Assembly: GCA_963715985.1 (NCBI GenBank)
Contig: CAVQSP010000008.1
Coordinates: 32,001-96,000 of the forward strand
DNA: 64,000 nucleotides
Origin: an uncultured Thermoleophilia bacterium
GTDB taxonomy: Bacteria > Actinomycetota > Thermoleophilia > UBA2241
Direction: 5' to 3'
Shown here: piece by piece, positions 9,295 through 18,190 of the stretch
Layout: every line of letters begins with the position of its first letter
Numbering within the stretch: position 1 is the stretch's first letter
Program-made: the position numbers and the translations under genes
Notes under the pieces: model-generated
Seen by the model: only the letters and a program-made list of their open reading frames with translations
Told to the model about the DNA's origin: nothing
Databases searched by the model: none

Positions 9295-9983
9295 GCGCGG
9301 CCGGCCTCCCCGAGCACGTGCTCGAGGATCGCGCGCGCCTGCGCCTCGGCCTCGGGCCGCTCGCCCTCGCGGAGCAGCTCGGCGAGGGGGAGGTCGAGGA
9401 CCTCGTGCCAAGCCGCGCGCCGCGCGGCCGGCGGAACGCCGGCCGCGATCGCGCGCGGCTCCCACTCGGCGCGCAGCTCACCCAGCAGAGAGGTCAGATC
9501 CGCGTACTCGGGGCCGAACTCGTCGTCCAGGCGCTCACGCAGCCGCCTGGCCAGGGCCGGGCTGGCGCCGCCGGTGGACACGGCGATGCGCAGCTCTCCG
9601 CGGCGCACGACGGCGGGCAGGATCACGGTCCCCTCGTTCGGGTCGTCCACCACGTTGACCCAGATGCCGCGCTCCCGGGCCAGCCGTGCGACGCGGGCGT
9701 TGAGCTCGGGGTCGTCGCTGGCTGCGACCGCGAGGGTCACGCCGGTCAGGTCGCTGTCGACGAAGGGTCGCGTGATGACCGTGACTCCCTCCGGCATCGG
9801 CAGAGAGTCCAGTGCGACCACGGTGACCGCTGCCCCCGCTTCGATCAGACCGCCGACCTTGCGCAGCGCCACGCCGCCGCCGCCTACCACGAGGCAGGTG
9901 CGGCCGCGCAGGTCCAGGCCGGCCTGGTAGTAACGCCGGCCCGGCCCGGCCTCGCCTCGCGCTGTCGGATCGCCGCTCGTCAT
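9291..9983 (-). CDS. sirC: precorrin-2 dehydrogenase / sirohydrochlorin ferrochelatase (CysG N-terminal type)
   Basis: CLVVGGGGVALRK, VNVVDDP, IAVSTGGASPALARRLR. Confidence 0.9.
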   Translation of the reverse strand: MTSGDPTARGEAGPGRRYYQAGLDLRGRTCLVVGGGGVALRKVGGLIEAGAAVTVVALDSLPMPEGVTVITRPFVDSDLTGVTLAVAASDDPELNARVARLARERGIWVNVVDDPNEGTVILPAVVRRGELRIAVSTGGASPALARRLRERLDDEFGPEYADLTSLLGELRAEWEPRAIAAGVPPAARRAAWHEVLDLPLAELLREGERPEAEAQARAILEHVLGEAGRA

Positions 9984-10027
9984 TCCGCACAGAATACACG
10001 GCGACCGTCGATGAGGAGGGCCTGACC

Positions 10028-11761
10028 GTGCACATCATGGAGGGCTACCTCCCGCCCGTGTTCTGCGCCGCGTGGACGGCCGCTTCGGCGCCTGCTGTGG
10101 TGCAGAGCGTGCGCAGCACGGCCCGGATCGTCGCTGAGAAGCGCTCGTCGCTGCTGCTCCTGGGTGCCGCGGGCGGATTCTGCTTCGTCCTCTCCGCCCT
10201 CAAGCTCCCCTCAGTCACCGGCAGCTCGTCCCATCCCACCGGCATCGGCTTGGGGGCGATCCTTTTCGGGCCTTGGGTGATGGTGCTCGTCGGCACCATC
10301 GTGCTCGTCTTTCAGGCGCTCCTGCTCGGCCACGGCGGTATCACCACCCTGGGCGCGAACACGTTCTCCATGGCCATCGTGGGCGCGTTCGTGGCCTACT
10401 TCACCTGGCGGCTGGCGAGGAGGCACGGGCTGTCCATGCCGCTGTCCGCGTTCCTGGCCGCGGTGCTCAGTGATCTCGCCACCTACCTCACGACCTCCAT
10501 CCAGCTGGCGTGGGCCTTCCCCGACCCTGCGGGCGGCCTCCTGGGCTCGCTCGCCAAGTTCGCCGGCATATTCGCGCTCACGCAAGTGCCGCTGGCCATC
10601 GTCGAGGGTCTGCTCACCATGCTGGTCGTACAGTCGCTGCTCGCCCACGGGCGCGCCGACCTCGCCGGCACGGCTCTTCTCGACGGCGAGGAGCCGGACC
10701 CCGTAGCCATGCGCTGGGTCGCGCTGGCCGGCGGCCTGGGCGTGCTGATCGTCGTGGTCGCCGCCGTCCTCGTGTCGACGGGCGTCCTCGGATGGGCCGG
10801 CGCGGACGACAGGGCACGCCTTGCCGTCCAGAGCGTGCGCCCGGGATACCAGCCCTGGTTCCACGCCCTCTGGAAGCCCGGCAGCAAGCGCGTGGAGAGC
10901 CTGCTCTTCGCGCTCCAGGCGGCCATCGGTCTGACGGTCATCGGCCTCTACGTGCGGCACGTGCGTCGCCGGCGGCGTGACATGTCGCGCCGTGAGGGAG
11001 GAGGTCCACTCAACCTCATCGACAGCGCCGCACACGGCAACCGGCTGGCGCGCGTGAGCGCCGTCGAGAAGATGACGTTCACGGCCGGTCTGCTGCTGCT
11101 CGCGCTCGTGCTGCCGCCCGTCCCCGGCGATCTGCTGGTCATCGCCGCCGCCGTCATCGCCACGCTGGCGGTGGCGCGCGTCCCCCTCGCGGTGTACGCC
11201 AAGGTCATGGCCATCCCGCTGGTCTTCCTGCTCATCGGTGTGGTGCCACTGCTCTTCAGCCTGTCGCTGGGGGGACACTGGTTCGTGCATCTCTCGGCGG
11301 CCCCCAACGGCCCTGAGCTTGCCTTGCGCGTCGCCCTGCGCGCCGCTGCGGGTCTGAGCAGCATGATCTTCCTGGCGCTCTCCACTCCCCTGCCGCAGAT
11401 CCTGCTGGCCCTGCGGCGTATGGGCATGCCGGCGGTGGTCGTCGAGGTGGCGGCCCTCGTCTACCGCTCCATCTGGACGTTCGTAGAGACCGTGGCCGCC
11501 ACGCGCCGCGCTCAGGCCGCGCGCCTCGGGTACCGCTCCTTCAGCAGCTCGTATCATTCGCTCGGGATGCTGGTCGCCTCCTTCTTCGGCCGCTCGCTGC
11601 AGCGGGCCCGGGCCATGGAGAACGGCCTCGCGGCCCGCAACTGGCACGGCGAGTTGCGCGTGCTGGACGAGGAGGCCGCCGTCTCCGCCGGCCATGTCGC
11701 GCTGATCCTCTGCCCACAGGCGGCCATCGTCGCCGCCACGCTCCTCTGGGTGCTGCGGTGA
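10028..11761 (+). CDS. cbiMNQ: cobalt ECF transporter CbiM-CbiN-CbiQ triple fusion
   Basis: MHIMEGYLP and GSSSHPTG (CbiM); WAGADD...YQPWF..LWKPGS.RVESLLFALQAAIG (CbiN); IDSAAHGNRL...LSTPLPQI...AQAARLGY...GLAARNWHG (CbiQ); one frame; GAGGAGG RBS. Confidence 0.88.
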   Translation: MHIMEGYLPPVFCAAWTAASAPAVVQSVRSTARIVAEKRSSLLLLGAAGGFCFVLSALKLPSVTGSSSHPTGIGLGAILFGPWVMVLVGTIVLVFQALLLGHGGITTLGANTFSMAIVGAFVAYFTWRLARRHGLSMPLSAFLAAVLSDLATYLTTSIQLAWAFPDPAGGLLGSLAKFAGIFALTQVPLAIVEGLLTMLVVQSLLAHGRADLAGTALLDGEEPDPVAMRWVALAGGLGVLIVVVAAVLVSTGVLGWAGADDRARLAVQSVRPGYQPWFHALWKPGSKRVESLLFALQAAIGLTVIGLYVRHVRRRRRDMSRREGGGPLNLIDSAAHGNRLARVSAVEKMTFTAGLLLLALVLPPVPGDLLVIAAAVIATLAVARVPLAVYAKVMAIPLVFLLIGVVPLLFSLSLGGHWFVHLSAAPNGPELALRVALRAAAGLSSMIFLALSTPLPQILLALRRMGMPAVVVEVAALVYRSIWTFVETVAATRRAQAARLGYRSFSSSYHSLGMLVASFFGRSLQRARAMENGLAARNWHGELRVLDEEAAVSAGHVALILCPQAAIVAATLLWVLR

Positions 11762-12645
11762 CGGCGGCCGTGCTCTCGGCGCGTGAGCTCACGTTCCGCT
11801 ACGGCGACGTGGTCGGCGTCAGCAGCCTCTCGCTGGAGGTCAGCGAGGGTCGGCGGCTCGCGATCGTCGGCGCCAACGGCGCCGGCAAGACGACACTCCT
11901 CCTTCATCTGAACGGGACGCACCGGCCGTCCGCGGGCACCGTCCTGCTGCGCGGGGTGCCCGTCTCCTACGACCGCCAGGGCCTCACCGCCCTGCGCACG
12001 GCCGTCGGCCTGGTGTTCCAGAACCCGGACGACCAGCTGTTCGCCGGCAGCGTGTTCCAGGACGTGTCGTTCGGGCCGCTGAACATCGGGCTCTCCGAGG
12101 CCGAGGCGCGCACGCGGGTGGACGACGCCCTCGAGGCGCTCGAGATCGCGCACCTGCGCGACCGCCCCACGCACATGCTCAGCTACGGTCAGAAGAAGCG
12201 CGCCGCCATCGCCGGAGCGGTTGCCATGCGGCCCGAGGTGCTGATCCTCGACGAGCCCATGGCCGGCCTCGACCCCAGCGGCTCCTGGCACCTCATGGGC
12301 CTGCTGACGCGTCTGCACGAGTCGGGCACCACGCTGGTGGTGGCGACCCACGACATGAGCCTCGCCTACGAGTGGGCCGACGAGGTCGCCGTGCTGCGTG
12401 AGGGCGCCATCGTGGCGCACGGCGAGCCGCAGGACGTGATGCACGATCCCGCGGAGCTGGCACACTGTGGCCTGCGCGTGCCGTGGGTGGCCGACATCGC
12501 GCAGACGCTGCGCGACTGCGGCGTCCTGCCGCCCGACGTGCCCTCGCCGCGCACCCGTGACGAGCTCAAGGAGATGCTCACGGTGCGCTGCGGGGTCGCC
12601 CGGCCATGCGCGGACGAGGTGCCGGCGCCGTCGCGGGCCGAGTAG
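11758..12645 (+). CDS. cbiO: cobalt ECF transporter ATP-binding subunit
   Basis: GANGAGKT, VFQNPDDQLF, LSYGQKKR, ILDEP, ATHD. Confidence 0.93.
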   Translation: MTAAVLSARELTFRYGDVVGVSSLSLEVSEGRRLAIVGANGAGKTTLLLHLNGTHRPSAGTVLLRGVPVSYDRQGLTALRTAVGLVFQNPDDQLFAGSVFQDVSFGPLNIGLSEAEARTRVDDALEALEIAHLRDRPTHMLSYGQKKRAAIAGAVAMRPEVLILDEPMAGLDPSGSWHLMGLLTRLHESGTTLVVATHDMSLAYEWADEVAVLREGAIVAHGEPQDVMHDPAELAHCGLRVPWVADIAQTLRDCGVLPPDVPSPRTRDELKEMLTVRCGVARPCADEVPAPSRAE

Positions 12646-12733
12646 AGGAGTGGCGCGCTCACCTCTGCGCAGCAGTGCCGCTGTGGTCACGCCGGCCTGC
12701 TAAGCTCCGCGACATACCGGACGGGAGCCCGCC

Positions 12734-13345
12734 ATGCACCACCTCGCCGACTTGTTCGCCCGCAACCGCGACTGGGCGGAGGGCCGTGTCGCAGCCGACC
12801 CGGCCTTCTTTGCGCGGCTGCGCGACATCCAGCGCCCGGATCTGCTGTGGATCGGCTGTTCGGACAGCCGCGTCCCGGCCAACGAGATCGTCGGCCTGGC
12901 GCCCGGCGAGCTGTTCGTGCACCGCAACGTGGCCAACGTGGTGCCGGTCACCGACCTCAACGCGATGGCGGTCATCGAGTACGCGGTGTCCTCCCTTGGC
13001 GTGCGTCACGTCATCGTCTGCGGCCACTACCGCTGCGGCGGCGTGCGCGCTGCCCTCGAGGGTCATCAGGCCGGGGCCGTGGCGCTCTGGCTGCAGCCGC
13101 TGCGGAACCTCGCCGACGAGCACCGCGCCGAGCTCGACGCTCTCCCCTCGGCGGAGGCGCGCTGGGACAGGCTCTGTGAACTCAACGTCGCCGCACAGGT
13201 GCGTGCCGTGGCCTCGTCGGAGATCGTCGAGTCCGCCTGGGAGCGCGGCGCCGAGCTGGCGGTGCACGGCTGGATCTACGACCTGGGGGACGGCCTGCTC
13301 CAGGACCTCGAGGTCACGGTCGCCAGCGCCATCGCGCCGCGATGA
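12734..13345 (+). CDS. can: beta-class carbonic anhydrase
   Basis: WIGCSDSRVP, FVHRNVAN, CGHYRCGG, VHGWIYD. Confidence 0.93.
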   Translation: MHHLADLFARNRDWAEGRVAADPAFFARLRDIQRPDLLWIGCSDSRVPANEIVGLAPGELFVHRNVANVVPVTDLNAMAVIEYAVSSLGVRHVIVCGHYRCGGVRAALEGHQAGAVALWLQPLRNLADEHRAELDALPSAEARWDRLCELNVAAQVRAVASSEIVESAWERGAELAVHGWIYDLGDGLLQDLEVTVASAIAPR

Positions 13346-13465
13346 CCGCGCGCGGTCCGGCCGTCGGCCTGCTTGCAACGATCTGCGCGGGGAAGAACAG
13401 GCATCACACGGGCTCGTGACCGGAACGCTGCGGGCGACGAGCCAGCCGCGAAAGGCAGGCGCACG

Positions 13466-13838
13466 ATGACGAACAGGTCGACCGCCCGCACCATCGACGA
13501 GTACTTGGCGGAGTTCCCGCCGGAGACCCGGGCGGTGCTCGAGGAGATGCGCGCCCTCATCAGGGCCGAGGCGCCGGAGGCGACGGAGACGATCAGCTAC
13601 GCGATCCCCACGTTCGACCTCCACGGCAGGCATCTGGTGCACTTCGCGGGGTACGAGAAGCACATCGGGTTCTATCCGGGTGCGCGCGGCATCGCGGCGT
13701 TCAAGGAGGAGCTCACCGGCTTCAAGAGCGCCAAAGGCTCGGTGCAGTTCCCGCTCGGTCAAGCCGCTGCCCGCAGACCTCATCCGCCGCATCGTCGCGT
13801 TCAGGGTCGAGGAGGGTACCCGCAGGGCAGCGAAGTAG
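13466..13838 (+). CDS. DUF1801 (YdhG-like) protein; +1 indel near 13760
   Basis: TIDEYLAEFP, ISYAIPTF, HFAGYEKHIGFYP, KGSVQFPL, then KPLPADLIRRIVAFRV in the adjacent frame to TAG 13836-13838. Confidence 0.8.
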
Positions 13839-13938
13839 CACGCGGCCGCGCGGAAGCTGCGCGCTCACGCGCTCCAGACGGCTGTCAGGTGCGCCGATAG
13901 AGCAGGTGACGATCCGGGCTCGCCGATGGGAGGACGCC

Positions 13939-15603
13939 GTGTCCGCGGACTACACCGTTTCCCGCCACCTTCTGAGACGCCTCGAGGAGGTCGGCATCCG
14001 GCACCTCTTCGGGGTGCCCGGGGACTACGTGCTCGACTTCTGCGACGAGGTCGTCGCCGGTCCCCTCCAGTGGGTGGGGACCTGCAACGAGCTGAACGCC
14101 GGGTACGCGGCGGACGGCTACGCCCGACTCAACGGCGCCGGCGCCGCCGTGGTCACCTACGGTGTCGGCGGCCTCAGCGTGCTCAACGCCCTCGCCGGCG
14201 CGTACGCCGAGCAGGTCCCCGTGATCATCGTCAGCGGCGCCCCGCCGGCCCGGCGCCGCGAGTCTCACGCCATGGTCCATCACCTCATCTCCAGCTACTA
14301 CCTGCAGCTGGACATCTGCAAGAGGATGACGGCCGACGCGGCCATCCTCACCGACCCGGAGACCGCGCCCGACGACATCGACCGCGTCGTCGCCGCCTGC
14401 GTCGCCGGCAAGCTGCCGGTGTACCTCGAGCTGCCCGCCGACGTCGCCGTGGCCGAGTGCCCTGTGCCCGGAGAGCTGCACATCCCGGCGCCGCCACCCT
14501 CCGACGAGGACGCGCTGGAGGAGTGCGTCGCCGAGGTGGTCGCGTTGCTCGATGCCGCCGAGCACCCACTGATCCTGGCCGGGGTGGAGCTGATGCGCTA
14601 CGGCCTCGGCGAGGAGGCGCTCACCCTCGTGGAGACCACGGAGATCCCCTTCGCCTCCATGCTCAGCAGCAAGTCCCTGCTGCCCGAGCTGCATCCGCAG
14701 TTCGTCGGTGTGTACCAGGGCGCCTGGAGCCGCGAGGCAGTGCGGCGCGAGGTGGAGAGCGCCGACTGCGTACTGTCGCTCGGCGTCCGCAACACCGACC
14801 TCGACACGGGGCTGTTCAGCGCCGACCTGGACAGCCGACGCGTCATCGGCGCCCACGGCGGCGAGGTGCGTATCGGCCATCACTTCTACCGTCAGATCCG
14901 GCTGGACGACCTGATGAAGCGCCTCGCCGGGGCCGTGCGGCCGCGCTCGTACGTGAGCTCGCACCCGGCCGAAGCCTACCGGCCGCTGCGGCCCTTTGAG
15001 GCGCGGCCCTCGTGCCAACTCACCGCCAAGCGCCTGTACGAGGCCGTGGACCACTTCCTCGACGACGACATGATCCTGCTGGCCGAGCCCGGCGACGCCT
15101 TCTGCGCGGCGCCCGAGTTCCACATCGAAGAGGCCGAGAACTTCATCGTGCAGATCTACTACAGCTCCATCGGGTACTGCACGCCGGCGGCGCTCGGCGT
15201 GGCGCTCGCTCGTCCGCGCAAGCGCCCCGTGGTCCTGACCGGCGACGGCGCCTTCCAGATGACGGCGCAGGAGGTCTCCACGCTGATCCGCGAGCGCCTT
15301 CCCGCCGTGATCGTGGTGATCAACAACGACGGCTACCTGGTCGAGCGCAAGCTCCACGAGGACGGTCCGTACAACGACATCAACATGTGGCAGTACTCGC
15401 GCCTCCCGGCGGTGCTGGGCGACGGGTCGTTCGTCGTGGGGATGCGCGCGACGACCGAGGACGAGCTCGCCGACGCTCTGGCGACCGCCGACGCCGAGAA
15501 GGACAAGCTCGTGCTCATCGAGGCCTGTATCCCCGGCCGCGACTGCTCGGAGGGTCTGGAGCGGCTCGGCGAGGCTTTCCGCCGGGCGCAGGGCAAGAAG
15601 TAG
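13939..15603 (+). CDS. TPP-dependent alpha-keto acid decarboxylase (indolepyruvate/pyruvate decarboxylase family)
   Basis: LFGVPGDY, CNELNAGYAADGYAR, TYGVGGLS, VHH, TGDGAFQMT..E, NNDGY..ER, YNDI. Confidence 0.9.
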   Translation: MSADYTVSRHLLRRLEEVGIRHLFGVPGDYVLDFCDEVVAGPLQWVGTCNELNAGYAADGYARLNGAGAAVVTYGVGGLSVLNALAGAYAEQVPVIIVSGAPPARRRESHAMVHHLISSYYLQLDICKRMTADAAILTDPETAPDDIDRVVAACVAGKLPVYLELPADVAVAECPVPGELHIPAPPPSDEDALEECVAEVVALLDAAEHPLILAGVELMRYGLGEEALTLVETTEIPFASMLSSKSLLPELHPQFVGVYQGAWSREAVRREVESADCVLSLGVRNTDLDTGLFSADLDSRRVIGAHGGEVRIGHHFYRQIRLDDLMKRLAGAVRPRSYVSSHPAEAYRPLRPFEARPSCQLTAKRLYEAVDHFLDDDMILLAEPGDAFCAAPEFHIEEAENFIVQIYYSSIGYCTPAALGVALARPRKRPVVLTGDGAFQMTAQEVSTLIRERLPAVIVVINNDGYLVERKLHEDGPYNDINMWQYSRLPAVLGDGSFVVGMRATTEDELADALATADAEKDKLVLIEACIPGRDCSEGLERLGEAFRRAQGKK

Positions 15604-15622
15604 GCGCCGGCCGGCGGTCCGC

Positions 15623-16078
15623 TCAGCTGTACTCGCCCCAGCGGCCCCAGGGCTCGCTCTCCACGCGACCCCGCCGCCAGTGGAAGCGTGCGAACACGGG
15701 AGCATCGTCCAACTCGGGGAGCGCGGCCGAGAGCGCGGCGTCGGCGCAGCGCATCGCGCCGAGCACCATGGTCCGGTAGCGGCGGAAGATCCCGCGGCGC
15801 ATCTTCCCCGTGCCGAAGATGGGGAGCCCGCCCTGCGCCATCATGTGCAGGTCCAGGCGAGGACCGTCGTCGTCGACGACCCACTCGCCCAGCACCTCGT
15901 CGCGCTCGAGGCGCACCTGCAGGGCGCGAAGGGCTTTGCGGTCGTAGTCGGCGCCGATCGCCAGGAACAGGTGGCCGGTCCTGTCCGAGTGCGTGAGCGT
16001 GTAGCGTCGCGGCGCCGGCGGGCCGGCGGGCCGGACGCCGTCGAGGAAGCTCACGTGGAGTCTGGAAGCATCGAACAT
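15623..16078 (-). CDS. Stay-green (SGR) family protein
   Basis: MFDASRLHVSF...PRRYTLTHSDRTGHLFLAIG.DYD...RDEVLGEW...R..IFRR...D...PEL..APV...F...E.WG..GEY, the SGR family signature. Confidence 0.85.
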   Translation of the reverse strand: MFDASRLHVSFLDGVRPAGPPAPRRYTLTHSDRTGHLFLAIGADYDRKALRALQVRLERDEVLGEWVVDDDGPRLDLHMMAQGGLPIFGTGKMRRGIFRRYRTMVLGAMRCADAALSAALPELDDAPVFARFHWRRGRVESEPWGRWGEYS

Positions 16079-16270
16079 AGATTGGCCCGGGATGGTCGCA
16101 GGGACGGACGTTGCACTCAGGGTACCCGCGGCGGGGGCGAGCGTATGCATGGCTGCGCGCGGGTTGCGGGCTGGGTGGGTAGACTGCGGCCGAGGCTCCA
16201 GCGACGAAAGGCGGCGTGCGGTGGCGATCAGGGCGACTGAGACGGACCTCCTGCGCGGGACGGGTGCCCC

Positions 16271-17149
16271 GTGACCAAAGCGGAACGCGCCGCGATCGTG
16301 GCCCTGCCCGTGGCGGTTGCAGTCGCCGCCGGCGTGGCGGTGGCGGGAAGCCAGGGCGGGAACACCGTGGGCGGCTTCCCCGTGTTCGCCCTCTGCGTGG
16401 TGCTTGCGTTCGCCGTCCAGTGGGTGGCGTTCGTGCCGGCCTACATCATGCAGAGCGAGCGCTTCTTCGACCTCACCGGCAGCCTCACCTACATCGTCGT
16501 GACGGTCGTCGCCGTGGTGCTCTCGGCCGGCGCCGACGACAGGTCCGCGCTGCTCCTGGTGATGGTCGTCGTCTGGGCGGTGCGCCTGGGGTCCTACCTC
16601 TTCCTGCGCATCCGCCGGGCGGGCGCGGACGCTCGCTTCGACGACATCAAGCCGTCGTTCTTGCGCTTCCTCAACACATGGACGCTGCAGGGCCTGTGGG
16701 TGAGCCTCACGCTGGCGGCGGCGCTGGCGGCGATCACCACCACGGCGCGCGAGGGCATCGGCGCGGTCACGTGGGTGGGCGCCGCCATCTGGCTGCTCGG
16801 CATCGGCCTGGAGGCCACCGCCGATGTCCAGAAGAGCCGCTTCCGCTCCGACCCGGCCAACAAGGGCCGCTTCATCCACACGGGCCTGTGGTCGTGGTCG
16901 CGCCACCCCAACTACTTCGGGGAGATCGTCCTCTGGGTCGGCGTGGCCGTGGTCGCGGCGCCGGTGCTGCACGGCTGGCAGTGGGTGACGCTCATCTCGC
17001 CGGTCTTCGTCTTCCTGCTGCTGACGCGCGTCAGCGGCGTCCCGCTGCTGGAGAAGAGCGCCGACGCGAAGTGGGGCGGTCAGGCCGACTACGAGGCGTA
17101 CAAGGCACGCACGCCGGTCCTCGTGCCACGGCCGCCAAGACGGGCGTGA
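16271..17149 (+). CDS. DUF1295 (steroid 5-alpha-reductase-like) membrane protein
   Basis: SERFFDLTGS, WAVRLGSYLFLRI, DARFD, ADVQKSRF, GLWSWSRHPNYFGE, SGVPLLE. Confidence 0.88.
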   Translation: MTKAERAAIVALPVAVAVAAGVAVAGSQGGNTVGGFPVFALCVVLAFAVQWVAFVPAYIMQSERFFDLTGSLTYIVVTVVAVVLSAGADDRSALLLVMVVVWAVRLGSYLFLRIRRAGADARFDDIKPSFLRFLNTWTLQGLWVSLTLAAALAAITTTAREGIGAVTWVGAAIWLLGIGLEATADVQKSRFRSDPANKGRFIHTGLWSWSRHPNYFGEIVLWVGVAVVAAPVLHGWQWVTLISPVFVFLLLTRVSGVPLLEKSADAKWGGQADYEAYKARTPVLVPRPPRRA

Positions 17150-18126
17150 GCACCTCGTCGCCGGGCGCCGGGCGGGCCGTCCGCGCCGCGATCCTGGACA
17201 TGGACGGCCTCATGTTCGACTCCGAGCGCGCGGCGCGCGAGGCGTGGCGCGCCGCGCTCGCCGGGCGCGGCTACGCCCTCGACGATGATGTGTACGCGCG
17301 TGCGATCGGGCGCACCGCGCAGGAGGCGCGCGCTGTGTTCGTCGAGGCTTTCGGTGAGGACCTGCCGGTCGCGGCGATCGAGGCCGACATGGCGCTGCGG
17401 CTGCGCCAGCTACTCGAGCCCGTGCCGCCGCTCAAGCCGGGGCTGCACGCGCTTCTCGACACCCTCGACGAGCTCGGGCTGCCGGCGGCCGTGGCGAGCG
17501 CCACTGCCGCCGCCGAGGTGCGCCGCCGGCTCGCGGCGGCCGCTCTCGCGGACCGCTTCGCGGTCGTCGTCGGCGGCGACGAGGTGCGCGCCGGCAAGCC
17601 GGCTCCCGACCTGTTCGTGCACGCCGCGGACGTCCTGGGCGTCGCGCCTGCCGCCTGCGTCGTCCTCGAGGACTCCGAAGCCGGCATCCGCGCGGCCGCC
17701 GCCGCCGGCATGGTCCCGGTCATGGTGCCGGACCTTGTGCTGCCGTCGGCCGAGTGCCTCGCGCTCTGCGAGTCGGTGGTCGGCACGCTGGGAGGCGCCG
17801 CTATGGTCATCCGGGCGCTGGTCCGCGGCGTCCAGCCCGGCGGAGGTGCGGTTCCGAGGGCTCTTCGGCCGTTCGGCTCCCTTGACGGCTACTTCGCCGC
17901 CGCGAAGGAGCTCATAGCTCGCCTCGAGCGCGGCGGCCATCGCGCCGCGGCGGCCCAGCTTGGTGATGGGTATAGCTGTCTCAACGGGCTCACCGACGGC
18001 TGGGCGCTCTTCCTCGAGTCCATCGACAGGGTGCGGGCCGAGCACGCCGCGGCGCTGAGCGATGACGAGCGGCGGGAGCTTGACGAGTTAAGGCTCGTGG
18101 CCCGGATGATGGTGAGGCGCCGCTGA
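17146..18126 (+). CDS. HAD-family phosphatase (beta-PGM-like) with an extra C-terminal domain
   Basis: DMDGLMFDSE, GKPAPDLF, LEDSEAG...AAGMVPVMVPD; about 90 further residues. Confidence 0.8.
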   Translation: MSTSSPGAGRAVRAAILDMDGLMFDSERAAREAWRAALAGRGYALDDDVYARAIGRTAQEARAVFVEAFGEDLPVAAIEADMALRLRQLLEPVPPLKPGLHALLDTLDELGLPAAVASATAAAEVRRRLAAAALADRFAVVVGGDEVRAGKPAPDLFVHAADVLGVAPAACVVLEDSEAGIRAAAAAGMVPVMVPDLVLPSAECLALCESVVGTLGGAAMVIRALVRGVQPGGGAVPRALRPFGSLDGYFAAAKELIARLERGGHRAAAAQLGDGYSCLNGLTDGWALFLESIDRVRAEHAAALSDDERRELDELRLVARMMVRRR

Positions 18127-18190
18127 ACTGGGCCGGGTGCAGGCGCGGCGGTAGACTGCGGCCGAAGGGCGACCGACACGTGAGGTGCCG

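Noticed and set aside
9984-10027. Cobalamin riboswitch upstream of cbiM or the btu operon
   Set aside because: The spacers are too short and I saw no B12-box core. One could lie upstream of the window start.
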